The notes under the pieces: generated by a model | What the model saw: the letters and a program-made list of their open reading frames with translations, nothing else | Database searches by the model: none | What the model was told of the DNA's origin: nothing | From: Octopus sinensis | Lineage: Eukaryota | DNA length: 64,000 nucleotides | Assembly (NCBI RefSeq): GCF_006345805.1 | Contig: NC_043007.1 | Span: forward strand, 55,118,001 to 55,182,000 | Reading direction: 5' to 3' | Translations under genes and position numbers: made by a program | Shown here: piece by piece, positions 52,781-64,000 of the stretch | How the letters are laid out: each line of letters opens with the position of its first letter | How positions within the stretch are numbered: the first letter of the stretch is position 1

Positions 52781-54419
52781 ACTGTCGCTGGTGTATCTAC
52801 GACTGCTGTTAATGTGATTATGATGACGATAAAGATAATGATGATGATTACGATGATGACACTGATGATGATGATGATGATGATGAAACTGGTAGGCAAC
52901 AACGACTTTAAATAGAAATAAATTTGAGAGGTTTTAACAACATCGTACTCGTTTAAGGACTCAATTTTCATGAGATTCTACTGATGAAACTCAGGAATTC
53001 ACAGGAGTGGAGTTCTCCAGGGTTATTGGCTCGTATCTTATTAATATGACGAAAGGATATACATTTTGCGTATGAACATGAGGACGCATTCACAGAGCAT
53101 ACGAAACATAAATGCATATATGGACGTATACATGTATATGCATGTGAATATCTATATACATACATACATACATACATACATACACACACATACACGCTCA
53201 CACACACATATGTATGTACTTGCATACATATGTATGTACAAGCACAAACAGATGTACATATTGCAAAAGACAAATGCTTCAGAGAAAGCGACAGAGTAAG
53301 AGAAATGAGGGAGAGAAAAAGAGTGAGAGAAAGGAAAAACAAAAAAATGATGAATACACACACACATACACACACGCACGCATGTGCCGTATATACTACA
53401 AAACCCATATAAGCGTGTACAATCATATTCAACAAAACTTACGTCTCTCGAGATAATATTTGCAGCGTGTGCCTTTCCATGTCCGAGTTTACACGAGCAT
53501 GCAAAATATAATTGTACACATTTTTCATTAACAGTTGCTTAGTACGCCTCTGATTGATTAAATCTAGCACACCACTAAATGTACTAGTTGATGTTTTAAT
53601 ATAAAAACACCTTAGCCTATGTGCGAAGACCTGGTATCCGTAGCTGACGACATGCTAACGACGCAGAAATACATGGGTTCTACGCTTCAATGAAGATATG
53701 TGTGTGTGTGTGTGTGTATACATATACATATATATATATATATTGTGTGTGTGTGTGTATTTATGTATGTATGCATATATCTATATTACATTAAAAATGA
53801 ACTTCAATCTTGTTTGCTTACTTGCAATGTTACACAGCGAAACTGGCGCATTATGGGAAAAATAGTATGAATTAAGCTTCCCCTGAAACGTGATTACAAA
53901 CGGAATAAAACAAGCTTCGCGTAAATCGGATAACTGTGTCTTGAATTATTAGGGGTTTTGTGAGGTATAAATAGCCAAAACGGTGCATAATGAGAAAATA
54001 AACCGAAAATGACCAAATCCTGAAAGGGAAGAAACTCTAACTTTTCGATTAAACATATGACTCACTTGCCAACGAAAATATATGAGTTGTTTTTACAGTA
54101 AATGTTTCTATTTTCGCTGTTCTTAAGCACATTATTTTAATCATTTAGAAATATTTTTAAGTGAATGTGATTTCAAAAATTTAAGTTACTTGTACAGTAA
54201 GTATTTATATTTTAGCTTTCTTTAAACAGACAATATTTTAATTTTAAAAAATAATCATTTTTAAGTGAATACCGTTACAAAGATTTTTGGGCATGTTTAA
54301 AAAAAGTATTTTAAAGTAAAACTGACTTTAAAAATACGGTAAATATTTGTAAAAGACCCTTTCGTAACCTCGGTGTGAAATAATTATTTTCCATATGTTT
54401 TTTTCGAGTGCATTTAACA

Positions 54420-55145
54420 TATCTCACCTCCAAAGACTTGGTTACTAATTTTAGCACACCCAGCTACTACGTAACAGCTATTTCCGATAAAGGACCCGAA
54501 ATAAATGTTACGTGGTAGCAGGGTGTGCATGAAATAGTAACCAAATCTTCCCTTTTCTGGGGAAGGGAACCGTTTACGCATGATTTCGATGTCACATTCG
54601 TTGAAAACATGCGAAATAACCTGGAAAAGAAAAAAAAACTCACGAAACAAAACTCCGTTGGTGGGAAACTCAGAGTTTCTCGAGAAACTCCGAAGTCCTC
54701 ATCACCCATCCCCTTTTCTTTTCCGGAAGAAAGTAGCTTACGATTGGTTTGGAGGTGAGACGCGTTGAATGCACTCAAAAACCTTGTGGAAAAAATTATT
54801 TCACACCGAAGTACGAACGGGTCCGTTACGAAATATTTATCCAAGATCAGGACAGGCATGCAAATAGAAGGATCGATGAGACTGATAAAGCAAGGGCTGA
54901 GCGTCTGGCGGAACAGAGGGAAAGAGACAGAAGCAGCAGATATCAGCAGTTGGATACTGGGAGAGCTGAGCATCTGGCGAAAGAGAGGGAAAGAGACAAA
55001 AGCAGGAGACATCATAAATCGGATGCTCAAGTGAATGCAAACTGAATAAAATAAGTTTCCCGCAAATCGGTCTACGGGTTACCGAGATACGCGTTTTTTT
55101 CGGATACCTTGAACTATTGGTGACCCAACGGGTAGTCTAGTCTAG
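54420..55145 (+). mobile_element. Probable non-autonomous Helitron derivative
   Basis: 3' end accc-aac-gggt hairpin followed by CTAG-T at 55123-55146. An Arg/Glu-rich repeat (RAERLAEQRER/RAEHLAKERER) resembles Helitron N-termini. The 5' boundary is uncertain. Confidence 0.45.
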
Positions 55146-55316
55146 TATATATATATATATATGAATAAAAATGGAGTTAACGCAGGTTTAAACAAGTATT
55201 TTTACTTTCTACATATGTTTCAAAAATTCCACTGATACTTATTCAAAAGAATAAAAGGTATAAACAATGCAATCTTCTCTTCGGGAAAGTGAAAAAAACA
55301 AGGTAAAATACACTCA

Positions 55317-55380
<64 letters not shown>

Positions 55381-55383
<3 letters not shown>

Positions 55384-56617
55384 GGTGCGTAAGATATTTG
55401 AGGACAGATTTATAACAGATAACTTTATTTATCAAAAAGATGCTATGAGGATAAAAATAAACCTTCTTTTCTATAATGTTATTCAATAAAGCCACCTTCA
55501 GCTTCAACAACTGCTTCTATATGAGATCTAAATCATCTACATGCTCGAATCAAATAGTCATGGTTAATTTTGAACATTACTCTGACTATAGCAGTTTTCA
55601 AAGAACCTGTGGTGCTATGGGCGTGTTCCTTGACCTCTCTCTCAAAAATGCTCCACATGTAATAGTCAAATGAATTGAGATCTGGGGAATTAGGAGGCCA
55701 AACGCTAGGGGTTATGTAATCATGAAAATTTTCAGCCATCCATTCCTGTGTTACTAGACCTATGTGTGATAGTGCAGAGTCTTACTGAAACACATATGGC
55801 CTTCCATTGCATACACTGTCTATTCAGGGCTTAACAATTGATTCCAGGACCTCAATGTAGGCGGCAGAGTTAACTCTAAGGCCTTGTGAAAAGAAGTAAG
55901 GAGGCATCACATGTCCTTTATTGCTGACAACCCCTAAAATCATGACAGTTGCAGGAAATTTTGTATGCATAGTACTTGGAACTTTAGAAGAGTCTGCACA
56001 TAACCATGTCATTTCGTCTGTTAACTTTTTGATCTTGGTCGAAGTTTTTCTTGTTTGAGAAAAACCAAATCAAATCTTCTGTTGGATTTTTCAGTTTGTT
56101 TAAAAGCATTTTAGATCTGATGTAGTGATTTTCTTTTACTTTTTCTGACAAATTGACCTTCCCTCATCATATAAGACTTATATCTGATGTCTTCGTGGAC
56201 AACATTTCTGACTATTCCTTCTTGGAGATCTTTTGCAATTGACACTTGGAGATCTTTTGCAATTGACGTCATAGACTTTCTGAGATTGTAATCAATGGTC
56301 TGTTGAACTTGCTGGATAAATTCAGGTGTTGTGATGATTTCAGAAGGTTTAAAATGCTTTTTAAGCTTTGATGCTGGTGATACGTTTCCATCTTCAGTCT
56401 CTAGCACCTTATAAACTTTGTAGACGAAAAATCTGGAAACTTTTAAAAATCGAGATATTTCTAAATCGCTATACTCAGCCTTTATAACCACAGTAACAGC
56501 ATGCCTCTTCATTTCTGGAGTAAGCTGAGGATCTGCCATTATTATATTCCGAAACAAAGATTATACAAAAAATGCAGCAATGACCCCAAAATGACCTCAA
56601 ACATATTACGCATCCTG
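55381..56617 (-). mobile_element. Full-length decayed DD37D (maT-like) transposon
   Basis: TIRs cagggtgcgtaagatatttgagg and cctcaaacatattacgcatcctg with TA flanks. Motifs KFPATVMILGVVS and WPPNSPDLNSFDYYMW. A 24-bp duplication lies at ~56220-56268. Confidence 0.9.
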
Positions 56618-56643
56618 TACACACACACACACACAGACACACA

Positions 56644-56685
<42 letters not shown>

Positions 56686-57235
56686 TACATATATATATAT
56701 ATACGGTATATATACACACACACACATCTTAGGTTCTGGCAAGGTATTTCCAAAAAAGCACTCAACCCGAGTCCTGGGCTATTAACACTGTCGGTTTCGA
56801 GACCAATGCCGAAATTCTTCAAGTGTAAAAAATTCTGGTGTCACGACGTTATGTGGGTTTGGTGATGAGTAAATTATGATACAAATAATAAATTCTTTAA
56901 CACATATTTAATGATTCGTTACAACTGCTCCTGCATCAGCTCTGCTTGCAACGCCAGTTTACGCAAAAATTCGGAGAGAAAATGTTTTAAAGAATTTCTT
57001 AATATATATATATATATATATATATATTGAAATGGATAAATGAATTATCTTGTTACGGATTATTCAAAATTTAACCGATACCTGGGTAGCAAAAAATCAC
57101 AACAGAAAAAACACGGTTGAGGTTACGACCATGGGGTGTCGCAACCGTGCCTTAGCGCGGATAATTGAAGTTTTATATATTTAGTGAAGGGATGAAATGA
57201 AGCTGAACGAAGATTCTACAAAATTCCTTTTTATT

Positions 57236-57321
57236 ATTTTCTACACATGTTTCAAAGGCTGCAAATTTCCAAATTCGGATTGAATAAGGAGACCATTTTG
57301 CAGCTTTCTCTTCAGGAAAAT
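57236..57321 (-). ncRNA. Type I hammerhead motif in the Naiad terminal repeat (second copy 60873-60958)
   Basis: attttc-CTGAAGA-gaaagctgcaaa..tttgcagccttt-GAAA-catgtgt-A-gaaaat. Confidence 0.8.
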
Positions 57322-57929
57322 CCAGGAATTTAAATCTCCAAACAAATGCGCAGCAAGCTATTCGAACAAAACGTTCCCTAGGAGCCCATGGTATGAATGG
57401 CACAAAACTGTCTCTCAATATGCGTTGACGTCAGGGTGGGTGAAGGCCGACGGAAAAGTCCGTTGGAATAAATCGAGGTCAAACCGCGGTTAAATTTGGT
57501 AGGGGAAGAATTACAGAAAACCAAAGGGTGTGAATATATTCTGTATAACTAGTGTTAATGTTCGAAAGGTTTTAAGAATGAAAGCTATCTTATTTGGGTG
57601 TGAGAAACTACCTACATGTATGTGTGTGTGCGCCTGTGTATGTGTGGCAGTATGTTAGGAAGCAGCTAGAGGGAAAATATATTGCAGATATTGTTGGTCA
57701 AGCGGCTGATAAAAGCCTGTGTCTGTGTGTTCGTCTGTGACCAGTTTATATACAGATGACTTGTCAAACAAGGAGAGTATAATCCCTGATATTGTTTCTA
57801 AATAAGTAGCAGATCATACGCTAAAAGGGGAGTAATTTCCCCTTACAAATTTAATTCAAAATTTTTTTCCCAAATTTTTTCCAAAATTTTTATTTTCTTA
57901 GGATATCAAGGTGTTAATTATCTTAGGCT

Positions 57930-60614
57930 TCAATTGTATGCAAGAAATGTATGCCGCTTCCAGTGGGGACATCTAAAAGAGTTTTGCAAAATCGCGTTAA
58001 CTAGCTGCCCTCGGGCGAACAAAATGTGAAAAAGTTCAGAGTTGCAGAGATTACAGATTCTTTTGCCTCTATCAAACGGTACAGACACCGATAAAATTGA
58101 CCATTCCAGTCTAAATGCTGAATTCGCGTTCTTCAAACGCCAGATTAATTTACTTAGTCCGGTCGCGTGTTGTTTTATAAAATCGCGAAATGTTGTGAAG
58201 TGGTTCGATATTCTCACGGCCAATTTTGATGATGACGCTCCGATATACAAATAGACATCTGATTCAGTATAAACTCTGCATTGGTAAATGGCATTTCTAA
58301 TCTTGGAATTACTAGATAAGAACCTTATTCTATTGGGATTGGCTTCCGATATTAATACGGCGTTCTTATTACGATGATGATTGTGAGAACTACGGCTGTC
58401 TTCGACATTATACACCCCATTATCAATACTATTTAATGGAATATCACCTGTATATTCCCTGGCACTGAGATCGCTGTGATTGCTAATGTCCGTGATGCTA
58501 CTGTTGTCAAAACCGTTGCTAAAAGTGTTATTGGGACTCTCTACATTAATGACTCGGACAATGCTCTCATCCCTATTACCATTACTAACGTTAGTGTCGT
58601 CACCATTGCTCCTATCCTTATTCCTATTATTAACTCCATGGCTGGTATGGAGATTGCTAATCTCTGTGCACGTTCTATTATCATTATTATTATTATTATT
58701 ACTGCGCGTTATTCCGAACGTGGGTGATAGGGTCTTATTTAGCAGCTTATTGTTATGGGAGGAAATTATCTGTGAGAAATTTTTAGTGTTGGAGAAGGCT
58801 ATCCTAACTTTGTGTGAGTTAGCAGTGGCGTAATATCTGGAATTTCTGGGAAAATTACTGGCAATGGCTTGGCGAAACTGCAGGGGTAGATTAGATCTTA
58901 TTTGTTTACCAAAGGGAATTACAAACCAAATATATTTATTCCTGTTTTAGTACTGGGTCGGGGAGTCAACTCTGACATTAAGGTGGGTATTTCTAGGTTG
59001 AATAATAGGTTTTGGATTACTATGGCCTCCCCTGGACCGCAAATTATTTATGTTACCTAAATTTATTCTAGATGTACTTGTTTCGACATTCCTCAGGCTA
59101 CCATCACTACTTAAATTATTTATGTTATTGTAGCCGGCCCTATCCTGATGACAGAATGCTGGCATCGGAAGGGCCGGATCTATATATACTACCTTCTCCC
59201 TATAACCGGCTTTAGACAGGGCGGCATTATAAAATTCCGCTTTCTGCCTAAAAATGTCGACATTGGCAGACAAATTAGTTAATTTTTGAGAAATATTTTT
59301 AACCAAATTGTCTGTTATAGTTTTAGCGTGATTTGAGAAAACACTGACATACTTTAAGTTTGTGGAAGGCTTGTGGTAGGGACAGTAAGAATCGCTATGG
59401 AGGTTTAGTGTGACATCTAAGAAATTAGCCTTAGTAAGTTCGTTATCAAAAACTATACTCATGCCCATCCTATTAAAGAACCTTGCTAATCTGTTTTTAG
59501 TTTTCTGTACGATTCTGTTCGGGGTGTTTTGTAGGTAAAACAGACAATCGTCACGATATAGGCCGCCCCCGATATCCGGGAACTGGTCGGATAATTCGTA
59601 GAGAATATAGATTCCGACCAAATCGGCAATCTGCGCGCTATCTGAACTACCCATAGGCACATCGAACTCGTTGGGAGTATCTTTACGAACCCACAACTTA
59701 TTTTCAAACTTTATAAATGATTTTCTGGCGACTAGAATTATATCAATTTCTTCTCTAGTGAGACCTGCCTTATTGTGCGCATGCCACAGGGCCTTATTAA
59801 GTACACTAGGGTTAATTGAGGGGTAGCAATTAGCAATATCGAACTGAATGAACTTAGTTCGGTTTTTATTAGGGATAGAAGAGAACCACTTTACGACCTG
59901 CGAGGAGTTCGCCCAGAGGTTAAGCTTCAGCTTATTGACTAAACTAGGAATATATTTGTCTAAAATGTACTTACTGATGGCGCCGATGTCAGAACTAGAA
60001 GGGCATATGAGCCTTAACGCTGGGTTGGTGTAGAAATTTGGTTTGTGGTCCTGAACGATGAATGTAGGTTGTTTAGGGCTAAGCGGCTGTGTTCTCATTT
60101 GAATTCCGTAATTAACCATTATTTTCTTAATCTCCAAGTTTACTTTCCTCAGTGTGTTCCTATTTGTTGTTCTATAGTTCTTCTGGATCTCTTTCCTGAG
60201 TAATTCTAAGTACTGGTTAATGGGTAACTTGTACGTGTTCCTTGTTTTGTCAGATTGGACCAGGATTCCGTCTGACCTGTTAATATCCTTAGTAATTTTC
60301 TCTAGGTATCTGAGGTGTTCATTTCTCCTGGGTGACTTCCTGAATTTAATCCTCCTTACAATGTCCCACAAGTCATCCTCAAATTTCTTCAGTCTTGGGT
60401 TAGGTGGTGGTGTATCCATCGACTTAAAAAGCCTCTTATATTCGGACGATGCTGCAGCCCGGTTCTGTTTTAGATCCTCGTTATCATGAAAGAAAACGAG
60501 CCATCTAATCCGGTTTATGAATGCATTAGTTTTGCAGACAATTTCCTTAAGGAAGGCTTCCTTTGGTGGTATAGGAATGTCCTTAAGGGACGCGTTGATC
60601 TCGAACAACTCCAT
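57930..60614 (-). pseudogene. Naiad RT + GIY-YIG ORF (~894 codons) with a single in-frame TAA at 58947-58949
   Basis: ATG at 60614; SLKDIPIP, LRLICPSSSDIG, FDIANCYPSI, FDVPMGSSDSAQ and LYRDD. After the TAA the same frame reads NRNKYIWFVIPF..SHNNKLL and runs into the 58415 ORF (AIYQC..YIG..CNLCNSE). Confidence 0.88.
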
Positions 60615-61169
60615 TTGCGGTATCGGTTAAGGTAGCAGTTTCTTGGCGAAGCAGTATATGTTTATTGAAATGGATAAATGAATTATCTTGTTACGGATTA
60701 TTCAAAATTTAACCGATACCTGGGTAGCAAAAATCACAACAGAAAAAACACGGTTGAGGTTACGACCATGGGGTGTCGCAACCGTGCCTTAGCGCGGATA
60801 ATTGAAGTTTTATATATTTAGTGAAGGGAAGAAATGGAGCTGAACGAAGATTCTACAAAATTCCTTTTTATTATTTTCTACACATGTTTCAAAGGCTGCA
60901 AATTTCCAAATTCGGATTGAATAAGGAGACCATTTTGCAGCTTTCTCTTCAGGAAAATCCAGGAATTTAAATCTCCAAACAAATGCGCAGCAAGCTATTC
61001 GAACAAACGCTCCCTAGGAGCCCATGGTCGTTTTGTTGTGGTGGGGGACTTTTCGGGGTAGGCATGGCGCAAACTATCATTCTTAGGGGAGTGGTCAAAG
61101 GAATCAGTGATAAAGTAGATAAAAGAATAAATAGAATAATAGAGTTTAGGTAAATAAGCAGACTCTCAC

Positions 61170-61247
61170 TTATACATATATATATATACATATACACACA
61201 CACATACATATATACACACACACACACATATATATATATATACATAC

Positions 61248-61278
<31 letters not shown>

Positions 61279-61571
61279 TATATACATACACATACACACA
61301 TACATCCATATACACATGTACATATGCCCCCATTTACATACATCGACGTACACACCCATACCCATACTCATACATACACACATATATCTACACACATATA
61401 TATATATAAATAAATAAATATAAAAACAAATATAAAAGAGGATATACACCCCCATACACACACGCTCACATATCTATATCTATATATATATATATAGAAG
61501 GAGCTTCTACAGGACTAGAACTGTTTCATTCAAGAGAAATCTTCAGGAAGCTCCACACATTCATACACACA

Positions 61572-61661
<90 letters not shown>

Positions 61662-62432
61662 CATATATACATACACATACATATGCATATACATGCACAC
61701 ACATACACACACATTTCTTCCCTTATTTTAATTTTATTTTTATATTTATTTTTATTTTTATTTTGACCTCCACCAACCAGGCCGGCACTGAAGTAGGGTT
61801 CTCCCAAGGGATCTAGCCTAGCTGGCCTAAAGAATCCATTTATTGCCCCTCTCCCTTCCTTTCTATCTTTCTTCCCACTGATACGAACACAAACACTCAC
61901 ACACGCACACACACTCACACACACACTCATACACATACACAGACGCACGTGTTATATTCATACATACATAAGTGTACCGACTTTCACATATAACTATGTA
62001 CACACAAAACCACATATATAAATGTACTTCCGTACACATAAACACACATGAACATCTGCCCGCATATATAGACGCATATGCCTATATACAGACATTTGTG
62101 CATATAAGCATACATACGCATATATACGCATCCATACGCATATATACGCATCCATACGCATATATACGCATCCATACGCATATATACGCATCCATACGCC
62201 TTTAAGTACATATTAGCACACATGCACGCATACACGTGTACATAAAAGCATACCTACATATATCTACCTACACACATACATATACATACATGCACGTATA
62301 TACACATACGTACACGTACCTACAAATTCATATCTACACGCATACACATACATACATCTACACACACACAGAAGACTAGTCCATATATATACACATATAT
62401 ATATATATATACACACATATATATACATATAC

Positions 62433-62497
<65 letters not shown>

Positions 62498-62790
62498 CAC
62501 GCACGCATATACCTACATATACATACACATATATACTTACACCAGTCATATACATACCTACATACACATACATCCATATATCTATACATATACATACACA
62601 TATATATACACATGCACATACTAATACACATACGCATATCTACGCACATACACGCACACACATCTATCTACATATATGAAATGAAACCCAACAAGTCCAT
62701 ACATATACACACATGCACATACATACATACATATACACATATATACCCATACATATATACACATATATACACATACACATATATACACAC

Positions 62791-62845
<55 letters not shown>

Positions 62846-62956
62846 CATATACATACACACACATCTACATACACATACATATACATCCGTACGCACACCC
62901 ATATACATACATACATCCACACAGAGGTATACAGGCATATACACACATATATACAT

Positions 62957-62999
<43 letters not shown>

Positions 63000-63480
63000 C
63001 ACGAACGCACACAAATACACATATATACACATATATACACCAACACACATACGCATACATAAATGTATACATATGTATATACATATGCATACACATACAC
63101 ACACACACGCACATCTATATATACATAAATACATACATGCATACAAACATATACATATATACATACATGCATACTCAAATAATAAATAATAAATATATAT
63201 ACGTGCAATTACCCATCATACAGACGGATACATACATATAAACATACACATGTATACCTATTTACACATATGTATATATATATATACCTACAAACATACA
63301 CATACACATAAATCTACATACCTACATATACATAAACACACAAGCGTACATATATATATATCCACATACATATATATACACATATATATACATATACATA
63401 TATATACACGCATGTAAATACACGCACACACATACATACGTATATTCATACCTTCACCCATACATATCTATACATATATA
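61170..63480. repeat. Large compound (TA)n/(CA)n micro/minisatellite field, including a 20-bp unit catacgcatatatacgcatc x4 at ~62113-62196
   Basis: Directly visible; all ORF-track hits here are low-complexity. Confidence 0.95.
61500..61554 (-). ncRNA. Isolated type I hammerhead motif with a true helix III
   Basis: ggagcttc-CTGAAGA-tttc(tctt)gaat-GAAA-cag(ttctagtc)ctgt-A-gaagctcc. Confidence 0.75.
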
Positions 63481-63576
63481 CATGTGTACACATACAATGT
63501 GAATTGTCTTAGGAGAGAAGGTAATTGGGGGTGCTGAGGGAACGGTGGGGGCGGGGGGTTTGTGGGTGGGGTGTCA

Positions 63577-64000
63577 TCAATCGGGTTGCCGGGTGGGTCT
63601 GTAGTTTTTGTAGTTTGCATAAATCTTGTGCATACAATTTGAGGAGTGTTCCGAGATCTTGTTGAGGAGAGGGCCTTTGGCGAACAAGATCTCCAGGCTC
63701 TCAGAAATGCAAAGGTCACAGCAGGTATGGCCTCCTGTGTACGAACGCGCCCTCTGTAGTAGTCTCCACTTGATCTTGAAGGGGATGGAGTTCGATGTGG
63801 GCGGCGAGAGTAGTTTGGTTAGATTTGTCAGGTCGCCGGAACGAATGTGTGTGGGCGTACCAACGAGTCTTAAAGCTGTTTGACGTCATTCCGATGTACG
63901 ATTTTCTTTTATCATCGGGGCCTGATCGTACCTCGCATGTGTAGACGAGGTCCTTCTGTAGGCAGTTGTTGCTGAGGGGGCAAGTGGTTTTATCAGGGCA
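63577..64000 (-). mobile_element. GIY-YIG end of another Naiad-type PLE, cut by the window edge
   Basis: CPDKTTCPLSNNCLQKDLVY..YIGMTSNSFKTRWYAH, a frameshift, then FKIKWRLL..CCDLCISESLEIL..LNKISE. Confidence 0.85.

Larger units (their letters stand above)
57025..61028 (-). mobile_element. Near-intact Naiad-type PLE with ~367-bp direct terminal repeats
   Basis: 57025-57392 and 60663-61028 differ by a handful of substitutions and homopolymer indels, and enclose one long reading frame. Confidence 0.92.

Noticed and set aside
52975-53030. CTGATGA-aactc..gagtt hammerhead-like start
   Set aside because: GAAA and helix III are absent.
56780-56830. Minus-strand ttgaaga..gaaaccgac hammerhead-like relic
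   Set aside because: Stem II and helix III are too degraded to call.
57930-60614. Selenoprotein-type Naiad
   Set aside because: The only in-frame stop is TAA, not TGA, and no SECIS was recognised.

Overview
This window is repeat-saturated, AT-rich animal DNA, and I found no host protein-coding gene, rRNA or true tRNA. The SINE and microsatellite landscape resembles an octopus or other coleoid genome (recall only, unverified). It is dominated by Penelope-like elements (PLEs) of three groups. There is a very young Neptune-type element (27612-33308) with an intact RT+GIY-YIG frame, a near-intact Naiad-type element (57025-61028), three more Naiad fragments and one Poseidon-type fragment. Also present are decayed RTE, HERO-like, Tx1-like and CR1/L2-like LINEs, Tc1, DD37D, pogo and hAT DNA-transposon remnants, a probable Helitron derivative, several tRNA-derived SINEs and large (TA)n/(TG)n fields. 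Three things stand out. First, the Neptune RT frame has no start codon ahead of its conserved N-terminal motif and overlaps an unannotated 228-codon Pro/His-rich frame exactly at a U_UUU_UUA heptamer, suggesting a programmed -1 frameshift. Second, there are more than a dozen hammerhead-ribozyme-like motifs, including non-canonical cores and a ~310-bp retrozyme-like unit found both in tandem and inverted. Third, several long isolated hairpins and a palindrome cluster remain unexplained. All alignments and folds were done by eye, and boundaries are approximate unless a TIR or repeat end is quoted.
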